Source: Octopus vulgaris (lineage: Eukaryota). Taken from it: a stretch of DNA of 64,000 nt. Positions 50,830 through 63,459 of this stretch are shown one piece after another. Location: assembly GCA_951406725.2 (NCBI GenBank), contig OX597822.1:91760001-91824000 (forward strand). Reading direction: 5' to 3'. The notes under the pieces were generated by a model. The model was not told the DNA's origin, made no database searches, and saw nothing but the letters and a program-made list of their open reading frames with translations. The number at the start of each line of letters is the position of its first letter. The stretch's first letter is position 1. A program made the position numbers and the translations under genes.

Positions 50830-51830
50830 AAATTTAGTTCAAGCACAGCACCTATAAAGTGCTAATTTTGAAAATATCTAAATGTATGGGTGATACTATG
50901 TATGCATGATACCCTAAGGTACAATCTATTGTTAATCAGGTTGCTCTTCTCTTTATGCTTAAAAATCTCCTATATTTCCATAGAGCACAGCTCACACCCA
51001 TATCTACTATTTCTATAAGGTTGCACTTTTCTTATTGTCTCCTATTTAAGGCTAAACTCAATTCCGCTTTCCTTCAGTTCCCAAATCTTATTAGATAATG
51101 ATGTACAATTAGCCATATGTTTAAGTCTAAAAGAAGAGAAGTGATTGTACAGACATCTTTTCATATTAATCGAACATCCAATATATATAAAGTTACCAGT
51201 TGTAGTTATGATTGTACATTTATTTCTGTGCTAGTATAGGCACAATCTATATTGTGTATATTAGAAGTATTAACACTGTCATTTGCATTTTCCACTTCTA
51301 CATTAATATTACTATTCTCATTTTGGAGGTTTATGTTTTAGTTGACAGTATTATTATTATTATTATTATTATCATCATCATCACCTCTAACTAATTTTAT
51401 ATTCTTCCTATTTAATCTAGCTATTATGGTACACATATTGGGAAGAGTAGAATACGAGATTCTAACTGTCTTATGTGAAAAGATTCTGTTATATCTATGG
51501 GAAATAGGGAAGTTTTTTTCTAAAATAGTCATAAATTTCACATATATATGTTTGTGAATTTGGTACAGTTGTAAGGGATATTAAACCAGATGAAGATCTT
51601 ACTTTCAAACTTATGGCGTAAGTAAGGGTGGGATCTACCTGTTCTATCACTGCTCCCTAGAATCAGGACCTGATTATTAGGTATGTTCCTATTTCCAGTA
51701 GTTTTCATATCTAGGAGTAATCAATACTTTCTCATCATTACCTTTATTATCTAACCTAAGATTCGTTCCAGTTTTAGCATCCAATTTCCTGTCGATGCTT
51801 ATTCTATTATTATTTTAATTGTTAGGTTTG
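50830..51830 (-). mobile_element. Penelope-like element, Naiad-type C-terminus and GIY-YIG, decayed
   Basis: KNFPISHRYNRIFSHKTVRISYSTLPNM, YIGCS..LYNHFSSFR..TSLSNKIWELK, CELC. Confidence 0.75.
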
Positions 51831-52879
51831 AAGGATGCTTTTCCAATTGGTATTTTTCACATATGCACACATGTGCATACATGTATATATCCATTTCCAC
51901 AACTATGGATACATGTGTGTAATACATGCGTGTAAACATCCAAGAACCTATGGCTTCTTACAGTCTCTCATATATACCTATATAAATTTGTACATATATG
52001 CATACATACACAAAAATATGTATGTATATACACACATATGCATACACACCCATATATATATATACATATACATATATATACATGTACACACAAACATACT
52101 CACTCATACATATATATATATATATATATACATACATATACACATACTTATATATACATGTATATATACACTCAAAGAATGCACTCGTACATACAGACAC
52201 AATACAAGTATTCACCTATACATACAAAGCACTATACCTACACATACTTACACACAAAGAAATAAGGTTACAATCGTTTGTACTTATATATGCGCACACA
52301 CACATGCATAGATACACACATACATGTATACATACATATATACACCCGCATAGGCAGCATGCATATATTCATACATACATACACTCAAAAGTATATGCAA
52401 ATACCTACCTGGAAAAGGTAAATCACATACTAGTTAGGGTGGGAAGAACCAGGGCATGAAACACAATGGGGGGGATATGCAACCATTATATGGTGGCCAT
52501 GTACAGGAAGGTATTGATAATAGGAATATTGTTATAATGATATGAATAAGGAGGGGTGCTAGTGTTAGTGGGGGTTAAATAACTAGTACTAAATGGTATT
52601 TAGAAAAAGTATGCTTGGCATTGTGAAGGCAGGAAACATTTCTCTCCTGAAGGGAATTAACAAGCAGAAGGTTGGCTTTAATCATGAAGATTTCATTGAC
52701 ACATAGCAGTTTGTAACTTATTTCTCCTTCCTTTACCTAATTCATTTTAAAAAGTTGTACTTCTCTCACAGCCTTATGTTTGCTTGTATTCTTTTTCTGC
52801 CCTTTTTAATAATGACAAATACAATGTACCTATTGTTAGCTGTTTATATTATATGTATTAGCCCTCCTAACCACTTAGA

Positions 52880-52994
52880 CACTCTGAAGAAGCCTAGAGG
52901 TACACTCATCATCCAAACTTTATCTGCCAATCACTGAAGAGATGGAGATGGCATGGAGGATTTCGTTGCCTCTTGGCAGAAATAGCCGTAATGA
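52880..52994 (+). ncRNA. Degenerate type I hammerhead with long stem II, in a pLTR-like repeat
   Basis: cact CTGAAGA a gcc-tagagg..cctctt-ggc a GAAA tagccg TA atg. Confidence 0.5.
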
Positions 52995-53156
52995 ACTGAC
53001 CTTTTTGCTCTTTTCTGTAATGTGTGCATAACACATAGTTGCTACATGTGTATATTTTCTTCTAATACTTTATAATACTTTGGAATAAATAGACACACCT
53101 GATTGTTTACCAGCCGATGTATGTCGTCTTGTATCCTCTCCATTCTCTTATTTGCC

Positions 53157-53199
<43 letters not shown>

Positions 53200-53252
53200 C
53201 ATATATATATATACACATATATATGTGTGTGTGTGTGTTATATATATATGGC

Positions 53253-53286
<34 letters not shown>

Positions 53287-53319
53287 GTATGTATATATAT
53301 ATATGTATATATATATATG

Positions 53320-53379
<60 letters not shown>

Positions 53380-53399
53380 ATGTATATATATATATATAA

Positions 53400-53544
53400 C
53401 CATCTGGCAAATTGTGGTCAGAATACTTTTATGATATTCCCATTTCATAAACTTTACAACCTGAATGAAATTGAGAGAAAACTGAGAGAAAAGGACTTTA
53501 TTAAGAAATTCAAACCCAAGCTTAACAAACAACGATTAGATTAA
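53400..53544 (+). mobile_element. Penelope GIY-YIG C-terminal fragment
   Basis: [35 protein letters not shown]. Confidence 0.75.
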
Positions 53545-53964
53545 TCTTATTTGGTGTCTAAAAATCTTATCTCTTATAACAAAAACAAAAAATTTCTAAA
53601 AAGTACTGCTATCATCATTTTAAAAAATAAATATGGAAAAATGGTTTGGTATCATTTCTAAAAATAGCCAAACAACTACTACTGCTGCCCACAGGAACAT
53701 ATATAAAGGACAATAGACAGCCACTCAACCACAGTTGAAACACTACTGTCACAACCTGGGATCTTGAAGACTGCTATAATGCAAGAAAGCACAGTAGTCA
53801 TTTAATATTGTATATTCAATATTTCATCTATTCAGTAATACAATCAATACTTCATTTCATTTTACTATATATATATCATTTATACTATTTATTCTATATT
53901 CTACATTAATATTATAAAGAATATAAATAAAACATAAAAAATGGGCACAGTTGGAATTTCTTTG

Positions 53965-53999
<35 letters not shown>

Positions 54000-54009
54000 C
54001 AATATATTA

Positions 54010-54435
54010 GAAGAAATAAGGTACTCAGAAATCTGGATGGTTTTATATATACAAATTTTTATTAATATGTCACATGGTTTTATAAATCATATAATAGCGC
54101 TTGCATCCACTCTAGTGGATTCTTCAGATTGAATTTTTCAGGAGATTTGTCTCTTTTTATAGTGGAGAGAGATATAGGATAGTAAAAGAGGGTGAGGAAG
54201 GAGGAGAAAGTGAGAGAGAGTGTGTGTGTGCCTTTGTATCTGAAAGAAGCGTCAATGGAAAAGAGAAGGAAAGGAAGAAGGAAGAGAGAAAGAAGAAAAA
54301 TGTGTTTACTTCTATAAAGCTGGTCAATTCTTTCAATAGAAAGTGATTCTTGCCCTTGGCTACTCCAAGTAGGGCAAATGTTATTTTTCAAAAAATTGTC
54401 TGGAATTCTTTTTATCATTATCTGGTGAGAGAGAA

Positions 54436-54477
<42 letters not shown>

Positions 54478-56128
54478 CGTGGGTGTGTGGGTGCCTGTGT
54501 GTCTGAAAGGAGTGTCAATGGAAAAGAGAAGGAAAGAAAGAAGGAAGAGAAAAAGAAGAAAAAAATGTGTTTAGATCTTTGCAGAAGGTCAGTTCTTTCA
54601 ATAGAAAGTGATTCTTGTCCTTTAAAAATGCTAAAACCAGGTGGCTACTCCAAGGGGTCTCTTGTTTTTCAAAAAACTTTTGTCTGCATTTCTTTTCATC
54701 ATTGTCCAGTGAGAGAGAGTGTGTATGTGTTTTTTTTGTGTGTGCGTATGTGTGTGGGTTGGTGGCTGCCTGCTATCTGAAAGGAGTGTCAATGGAAAAG
54801 GGAAGGAAAGAAAGAAGGAAGAGAGGAAGAAAAAATTGTGTTGACATCTATACCGCTGTTCAGTTCTTTCAATCCAATGTTTAATTCCTGTGCTGATATA
54901 GGTTGGAGAATCTGGATGTAAAATCCTTTCTATTTATGTATATGTACTCGGTGTGTGTATATGTTTAATAAAATTTACTTTACAAAATTGATCCTTCATC
55001 CAGTACAAATCATTACAGAAATATTTTCAGCCAATCAGTTTGGAGGAGAACTTAGTTATGAAGGATTTTTCCATATTTTTCCTGAAGAAGGTGTCATTCC
55101 ATGGGCATTTATAGAAGGGAAAGATCTTAAATTTTCCTTCTCCACATGTATCTAAGTGTTTATTGAGTGGAATCTTTTGCAGTTCCTCCTGTTGGACATG
55201 TTGTCGGTGAATTCTGGCTCGTTGGCATAAAGAATTTCCAGTTTCACCTATATAATTCTCCTTGCATGTGGGGCAGGCTATGCAGTATATTATGTTCTGC
55301 ATCTTGCAATTCATGTCTGCATTTACTTTGAATGTGTGACCGCTCTTAAATTTTATTTGTTTGTTTCCCTCTATATATTTGTAGATGGGGTTACTGCAGA
55401 TCCCACATCTACCATCTCCGCACTCTTTTACAAAGAATTCGGTTTTAGTCTTTGATGAGAATTTCACTCTTGTTAGTTGTTTCTTCAGGTTTTTTGTCTT
55501 GGCATTTACTGTTTTTTATGCAATATTTGTTTAATATGTTTCCCATTTTGGGGCTTTGTAGGACTATTGGTAAGTTTGAATGTATGATTTGAAACATGTT
55601 GGTAACTCCAGTGTTGTGTGCGTTTATGAAGGGGGTGATGTTTTCTTTGTTTTTCGTTTTTGGAGTTCTGAGTTGTGTGATGTCCGGTTTCATTGCTCTT
55701 GAGATTCCGTTTTTTATTAATTTGAGTGGGTATTTTTGTTCTAGTAGGAAGTTTTTAAGTTATTTAGTCTTATTTGGCATGTTTGTGAGTTGGTTACTAT
55801 GCTGCATATGCATCTTGCCACACTATATGGAATGTTTCTTTTTATGTGGGATGGGTAGCAGGAGTAAAAATTTAAACATTGGTGTTTTTTTGTAGTAGAT
55901 GTCTGTTGTGACGAGGGAGTTGTATATCTTGATGATAATGTCTAGGAAGGGAAGTTCATTGTGGCTGGTATCTATCGTGAAGTTGATAGATGGGTGCAGA
56001 ATGTTGAGGATGTTGTGGAATGTTTGTAGATCTTTTTCTGATCTGTTCCAAAAGACGAAACAGTCATCAAGGTAGCGTTTCCACTTTTTCTTGATGTCTT
56101 CTCTGAAGTCGTGTTCAAAGACTTTCTC
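54010..56128 (-). mobile_element. 5'-truncated Neptune-type Penelope-like element with 3' repeats and pLTR
   Basis: WKRYLDDCF, LPFLD, CGDGRCGIC, IYCIACPTCKENYIGETG. Three ~270-bp repeats at 54140-54880. Hammerhead-like motif at 54092-54132. Confidence 0.88.
54092..54132 (-). ncRNA. Degenerate minimal hammerhead (GAAA mutated to GCAA)
   Basis: caat CTGAAGA atccac-taga-gtggat GCAA gcgc TA tta. Perfect 6-bp stem II and palindromic AGCGCT stem III. Confidence 0.6.
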
Positions 56129-56218
56129 TATACAATATATATATATACATATATACATACAATATATATGTGCATATACATATATATATATATATAAATA
56201 TATACAATATATATGTAC

Positions 56219-56259
<41 letters not shown>

Positions 56260-56284
56260 AAATATATATATATACATACAATAA

Positions 56285-56617
56285 AGGGGTAAAGACCCCC
56301 TTCGGTCATGAATGACCATGGGATTGCACCTAGAAAGTTACCCTCCTAGACACAAGTCCGGGCAAGGTTGTTTATGGAAGACCAGCAGTCGCCCATGCAT
56401 ACCAGCCTCCCCTCTCCATGCCACCAGTGTTATCCAAGGGAAAGACAAAGGTCGATACAGCTTGGCACCAGTGACGTCGCAACTCATTTCTACAGCTGAG
56501 TGAACTGGAGCAACGTGAAATAAAGTGCCTTGCTCAAGAACACAACACGCAGCCCGGTCCGGGATTCGAGCTCACAACCTCACGATCGTAAGCTCGACGC
56601 TCTAACCACTGAGCCAC
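56285..56617 (-). mobile_element. SINE family D, full length, in (TA)n
   Basis: GTGGCTCAGTGGTTAGAGCG A box and GAGCTCGAATCCCGG B box. Matches 15111-15420. Confidence 0.92.
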
Positions 56618-56631
56618 AATATATATATACA

Positions 56632-56670
<39 letters not shown>

Positions 56671-57069
56671 ATATCTACATGCATACAGCATATATGTATA
56701 TATATCATCATCATCATCATCATCATCATCATTGTTTAACATCCGCTTTCCATGTTAGCATGGGCTGGACCTCCTATTGTTTACAACAGATCAAGCGGAT
56801 AAGTTCAAATGAATTAGCCAATTAGAAATAGCTTATGATTTAAAATAATCGCTCCCCAATAATTTTGAAAATCTTTAATATACATATAACATAAGCATAA
56901 ATATTGTGGAGTAAATTCAGCTTTCACAAAAAGTTAGGAATTACTCTTTTGGATTTTACATTTTACATTTTACGTTTGCTTTACGTGGATGTATAGAATG
57001 ATAACTATATTCCGATTGTCTGGTTTATATGCTTATATGCATGTATTTCTGTATGCATATATATATGCA

Positions 57070-57325
57070 TGTGGCACATAAAAAGCACCATCTGTTCGTG
57101 GCTGTTTGCCAGCTCTGTCTGGCACCTGTGTGGGTGGCACGTAAAAAGCACCCACTACACTCACAGAGTGGTTGGTGTTAGGAAGGGCATCCAGCCGTAG
57201 AAACACTGCCAGATTTGACTGGGCCTGATGAAGCCTTCTGGCTTCACAGACCCCAGTAGAACCGCCCAACCCATGCTAGCATGGAAAACGGACGCTAAAC
57301 GACGATGATGATGATGATGATGATA
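57070..57325 (+). mobile_element. RTE 3' UTR copy with (GAT)n tail
   Basis: Reverse complement of the 9572-type sequence. Confidence 0.85.
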
Positions 57326-58559
57326 TGTTGAATCTTGTATCGTGAATTTTTGATATGTTAGAAGACATTATTATAGTATCTAAGATCTGTTGAAGATTAC
57401 TGTTAATACAATAATATTGTTGTTACTGATAAGCAGAGATGTGTTTATATGTTCTAATGTATTTATATATGTATATGACGTATGGTATATCCACTGGAAT
57501 ATATTGTTTGATTGTGTTCATTAATGTATTTTGCGCATGTGAATAGTATATATGCTTTGCTTATGTCTGTGTATGTGTGTATATATGTATTTGTATATGT
57601 ATATATATATATATATTATTGGTAAAACGGTAAGATAACAAAAGAAAGGAAGAGACCTCAATATTATGTACAGATGCCGAGGTGGAAATCCACACCACCA
57701 TCTCTTCAGTTATCTGGCCATCTGAAAAACGCTATGAAAAAACACCGTTATACAAAGGGAAATTACTGTGTTATACTCCGCTACTTTTACAAAAGCACTA
57801 ATTCGAATGACCACTAATTAAGATAAGGTTAAAAGTTCATAGTAAACACGTAAGCATGCTTGTTCATACATACACATGTGCGCTCGCGCACCCATGTGCA
57901 TACGTATACATCACTATGAAAATGTAAACATCTTCACTCGCATTTTTCGCCAAATATATATGCATATATATACAAACTCATACACACACACGCGCACCGT
58001 AAAAGTTCATACATACGTCTACATGCACACAAGCACAAGAAAAGACAGGGCTAAGGGTAACAATACAGAAAAAAAGGCATAAGGAAGTATACAAATAGTA
58101 AACCACGTTCATATACGGACATGCCCTTATGCATGCACACACACACACGCCCATATATGTACATGCCCGCACACGTCTATATATGCATACACACATGCAC
58201 GCACAAAAAAGGATTATACATATGCCCCACCACCACCACCAAAAAAAAAAACAGGAAAAATTGTAAAAATACTGAGTAAAAACGTCTATATATATATGGA
58301 TTCTTATGCCCATGCACACGCACACATCTATATACATATATACCTGCCCACTCGTATATATCCACACACATGTACAAATGAATCCATATACACGTCTATA
58401 TAGGCACAGGGAAAAATGCAGAATGGAAGGTAGAGTACAGAAAAAATTATTATGTGTAAAAAATAATATATCTATAAACCAAATTCTCAATAATATATAT
58501 ATAAAAATATATGAAAAAATAAAAGTAAAAGGTATAATGAGATAAAAAACTTTTGCATG

Positions 58560-59270
58560 GACATAATATAGAAAGCCAGTTTTATCTGTAGTCTTAGGGG
58601 GACCAAAAACATAACAAAAATTTGGTCACATGTGGGCATGATCCGAAAAGTTCTGTCCTTGAGTTTAGACATGTAGCAGGGTCTAAACTGCTTTTCCAGA
58701 TAAGCCCATATCGCATAGACTGCACTTTCCGCTGCTGTTGGTGTAGGGCTTACATTTGGCTAAAATCTTCCAATGGATGTTGTAACTGACACCTTTATCT
58801 TTTAATAACCATATATGATTGGATAATTTTGTCACTTTCCTTTTGTCCCAGTGCCTAAAACTCAAGGTGTGGTTATTGAATCTGGCCTTGAAATTACCCT
58901 CTGTAAGGCCCATGTATTTCTTCATCGAAACGGTGTCTTTAGTGGTTATAGAGTCCATAGTAGCTTCATTGATGATGGTCTCGGACATGCAAGCTCCATT
59001 TAGCGGGCACAATTTTTTATTCCTGCATGAACAGCTGTTTTTGCATTGTGGTTTTTGTGTGTTATGTGCGATTATATTTTTAAAAATTGGTAGTTGAGCT
59101 GAAACTAATTTTTAAATTGTGTTTATTGAAGAGCTTCCTGTAAGTATGGTTAACTGGAAAATGTCGATCTATCAGTGCTAAGAAATATTTACCTATATTG
59201 AAAGTCACCTCGGGTGAGTAGGGAGGTGTGAACCAGATGATCTTCCTATTTCTATTTCTCCTCTTCTTTA
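58560..59270 (-). mobile_element. Naiad-type Penelope-like C-terminus and GIY-YIG
   Basis: RKIIWFTPPYS..HFP..KLFNK..ISFS, CSCR..CPLNGACM, YMGLTEGNFKARFNNHTLSFR..LSNHIW, CSLC. Confidence 0.85.
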
Positions 59271-59379
59271 TTGTATGTATATTTGGATATTTGTTTATTG
59301 TTTATTTTTTATATATCAAGTAATACATGTATCATGTTTAGTATATTAATATTAATATTAATATTTTTAAAGTTCACAA

Positions 59380-59504
59380 CCTCTCACGAGGCCTATGGTT
59401 TTTTAATATATAAGTATTATATTTTTTAAATGCCTACAACCTTAGTATCTATAGGCAATGAAAATTAGATTGACTTTTGACCATTGGCTGAAACAACTGT
59501 AAGA
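59380..59504 (+). ncRNA. Degenerate hammerhead in a pLTR inverted relative to the adjacent Naiad
   Basis: ct CTCACGA ggcctatggt..accattggct GAAA caactg TA ag. The core carries a G-to-C change. Confidence 0.5.
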
Positions 59505-59697
59505 AATAATTTTTAGGCTTTCATTATACTATGACTTTTAAAATCTGTATTTGTATTATTATCTTATCTATTAATTTATATAATATTTTTGTATGCTTTT
59601 GATGTTCTCGTTTGTAAAATGAATAAATAATCCAACATTATAATATCCGTAAGTTGATGAACAAACCAAATTTGTTTCTCCATTTTCTTATTTGTAT

Positions 59698-59729
<32 letters not shown>

Positions 59730-59731
<2 letters not shown>

Positions 59732-59932
59732 AAGTTAATCCAAACATGAAAACACAAAGAGAAAACACAACAACGCAAGGATGTGGAACAAATATAGTAT
59801 TATTGGATGCTCAGAAAGGAAGTGGGGAAGGAGGGTTTTACGTTTCGAGTGGAGCTCTTCGTCAGAAACATAGGAAAAGGAAAGATCCAGAGAAGGGAAA
59901 ACGGAGGAAAAAAAATCGCCAACGGTACACAC
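59730..59932 (-). mobile_element. ~205-bp hammerhead-containing short element in (TA)n (second copy)
   Basis: Minus strand 59835-59869 reads gttt CTGACGA a gag-ctcca-ctc GAAA cg TA aaac. Homologous to 12808-13018. Confidence 0.75.
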
Positions 59933-60339
59933 ATATAAATATTATATTATATATACATATATATATACTATATATATATATGAATATATATCATATATAT
60001 GTATATTATATATATATAAATATATATTTTATATATATAGATGTTCTCTCTTTATATATATATGAATACACATATTGTATATATATACTATATATATAAA
60101 TATATATTATATATGTATATATTATACATTCATGCTACGTTTTTGTTGTTGCTGAGTTTTTTTGCTTTTTTTTCTCTAATCTTCAACTTTTTCTGTTTAT
60201 GCAATGAATTGTTCTAGGTTAATACAACATGTACCAATTTCAAGTGCAAAAGTCACAAACTGAGTTAATTGTTAACTGGGAGACTAAGGGATGATTTGAT
60301 CTCCCTCAGTTAACACTATAAAATATAAAATCTAATGAA

Positions 60340-60940
60340 CACTGCTACATGGCAGTGAAACATGGCTGTGACTGCTGAGGACATGCGTAAGCTTGCAAGG
60401 CAAGGAACGAAGCCAGTATGATCTGATGGAAGTGCATACTGAATAGAGTATAAGTACCTTGAGAGAAAAGTTGGAGCTAAGAAGCATCAGATGTGGTGTG
60501 CAAGAGAGACGACTGCGCTGGTATGGTCATGTGGCGAGAATGGATGAGGATAGCTGTGTGAAAAAGTGCCACACCCTAGTGGTTGAGGGAACCTGTGGAA
60601 GAGGTAGACCCAGGAAGAACTGGGATGAAGTGGTGAAGCACGACCTTCGAACATAAAAGGCACCATTTGAGCGTGATCATTACCAGCGTCACCTTACTGG
60701 CACTCAAGCCCTGTGCTAGTAGGGTATTAAGAGCACCATCTGAGCGTGATCATTGCCAGAGCGGCCATCTGGCCTCCATGCCGGTGGCATGTAAAAGACA
60801 TCATTCAAGCGTGATCGTTACCAGCATCGCCTTACTGGCACCTGTGCCAGTGGCATGTGTAAAAGATTCGAGCAAAGTCGTTGCCAGTACCGCCTAACTG
60901 GCACGTAAAAGCACCCACTAGACTCTCAGAGTGGTTGGCA
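60340..60940 (+). mobile_element. RTE 3' fragment with tandem UTR repeats
   Basis: LLHGSETW, RRLRWYGHVARMDEDSCVKKC..GRGRPRKNW. Confidence 0.85.
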
Positions 60941-60949
60941 TCTTCTTTT

Positions 60950-61248
60950 ATAGCCTCGGGCCAAAGAAAGCCTTGTGAGTGGATTTGGAGATGGAAACCG
61001 AAAGAAGCCTGTCATATATATGTATATATATGTGTGTGTGTATATATAGGTTGTGTATCTGTGTTTGTCCACCCAACATTGTTTGACAACCGATCCTGGT
61101 TTGTTTAGGTCCCTGTAACTTTGTGGTTCAGATAGAATAAATACTAGGCTTACAAAGAAAAAGCCCTGGGGTCGATTTGAATCGACTAAAGGCAGTGCTC
61201 CAGCAGGGCAGCAGTCAAATGACTGAAACACACAAAAGAATAAAAGAA
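60950..61248 (+). mobile_element. 5'-truncated SINE family A variant
   Basis: GCCTTGTGAGTGGATTTGG..CAGTCAAATGACTGAAACA. Confidence 0.8.
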
Positions 61249-61311
61249 TATATAATATATATATTATATATGTAATATATATATAATATGTATATATACA
61301 TATATATAATA

Positions 61312-61383
<72 letters not shown>

Positions 61384-61452
61384 TATATACATATATATAA
61401 TATATATATATATATACACATATATATTATATATAATATATCTATATATGTG

Positions 61453-61484
<32 letters not shown>

Positions 61485-61544
61485 ATATATATTATATATT
61501 CATATATATATATATAAAATATATTATGTTTATATATATGTAGT

Positions 61545-62350
61545 CTATAGTATACGATGTATAGAGGGACGATGCAGTAACAAGACAATGACATATGTAG
61601 GGGAAACGGCACAGAGCATAGGAGAGCGGGTTAATGAACATTGGAGAGAACTTAAGGAAGAAAAGAGCTCATTGGTTCTGTACCAACACGCCGAACAGGA
61701 ACATGGGGGATCAATCAACAACATAGAAGTTAAAATCTTGTCCACACATAGAACAGACGCAACAATCGGATAAATTACGGAAGCTACACACATAATAGAA
61801 GATAAACCTAGCCTGAATAGGAAACTGGAATGGAACACTAGCACACACCACAGCATATGACACAATAAGATCCCCATAAACTGGTTACAATATAAACAAA
61901 ACTAAAAACATAATAAAATACACAGATAAATAAACAAATGGAAGTAAATAACTATATACGTTAAAAATAATAATAATAATAAGTAGGTGTAAACACCTGA
62001 ACAAAATAAAAATAAACAAAAACAAAAACGTATATAAACAGAAGATACAAATATTACAAGCACCCCCCCCCACACAAACACACACACTAACTAAACATAG
62101 ACACACATAGAGGTATATGCATGCACAAATGAAGACACATACAATAGGAATACAAAATACAAAATGGCTGACCGTTAGTAAGGAGAGACACACAAATAAG
62201 AAAGAAGAAAGCAAAGGGCCACTGATGAGGTCACAGGAGTGTGATGAAAGAACTCTGGCAGAAATAAGATTAAGATTAATGTAAAAAATAAATAACCCAC
62301 CAAATATATAGTGCATGTGTTTTTATTGGTTAAACTGGCAAAATGACCAT
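61545..62350 (+). mobile_element. Penelope-like GIY-YIG 3' end with pLTR
   Basis: VYSIRCIEGRC..TYVGETAQSIGERVNEH..LYQHAEQEH..KPSLNRK. Hammerhead at 62218. Confidence 0.78.
62218..62259 (+). ncRNA. Type I hammerhead ribozyme
   Basis: gcca CTGATGA g gtcac-aggagt-gtgat GAAA gaac TC tggc. All core nucleotides are intact. Confidence 0.78.
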
Positions 62351-62424
62351 TCCTAAATACAACAATATACATATATTCATATATACATAATATATACATA
62401 TACATATATATACATAATATATAT

Positions 62425-62685
62425 TCCTTTACTTGTTTCAGTCATTTGACTGTGACCATGCTGGAGTACCGCCTTTAGTCGAGCAAATTGACCCCAGGAC
62501 TTATTCTTTTGTAAGCCTAGTACTTATTCTATCGGTCTCTTTTGCCGAACCACCAAGTTACAGGGACGTAAACACACGAGCATCGGTTGTCAAGCGATGT
62601 TGGGGGGACAAACACAGACACACAAACATATGCACACACATACATACGTATATATACATATATACGACGGGCTTCTTTCAGTTTC
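62425..62685 (-). mobile_element. 5'-truncated SINE family A
   Basis: Matches ~3-240. Confidence 0.9.
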
Positions 62686-62930
62686 TAGCTTTTGGTGAAG
62701 TAGAAGAGGTTAGAAAGGGTCAAGTGGTGAAGATATTATTTCGGCCTAGCTAAAGGCATCTGGAAGATGTCAAACTGCTGTCAGAGAAAAACCATTTTTC
62801 CATTATGGAAACAGTTCTGTTGCAGCATTAATTTAAATTTGGCTATGGTGGATCGAATCCATTTCATGCATGCAAGATTCACTACATATATTATATATTT
62901 ATTTATAATATACATATTATATATATACAT

Positions 62931-63047
<117 letters not shown>

Positions 63048-63084
63048 CATGTATATATATATATACATACATCTATATATATAC

Positions 63085-63126
<42 letters not shown>

Positions 63127-63163
63127 ATATATATATATATATACATCTATATATATATACATC

Positions 63164-63211
<48 letters not shown>

Positions 63212-63459
63212 CATGTAACTTTAAATTTAAAATAATAAGGGTGAAAAATTGAATATTAATTTGATTAATATCAATTTAAAACCAGTGGTGTAGCATATTG
63301 AAAAGTCTGAAGTTTCAGAAAAAATTATATTACATACATATAAGAGGGATGACCTGTAAGTGGACATTCATTATGCTAGAAGAAGATCTGCTATGGTCTT
63401 ACCATTACTTTGTTATATAATAGTTTGTTATATAATAGTTTCACTTTAATAGTTTCACT

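Noticed and set aside
56560-56617. tRNA gene
   Set aside because: The A and B boxes belong to a SINE head. There is no complete cloverleaf or oligo-T terminator. The same applies to the other SINE heads.
50830-59270. Selenocysteine (TGA) recoding reported for some Naiad elements
   Set aside because: The Cys positions I could read are normal Cys codons. No in-frame TGA at conserved Cys sites and no SECIS was recognised.
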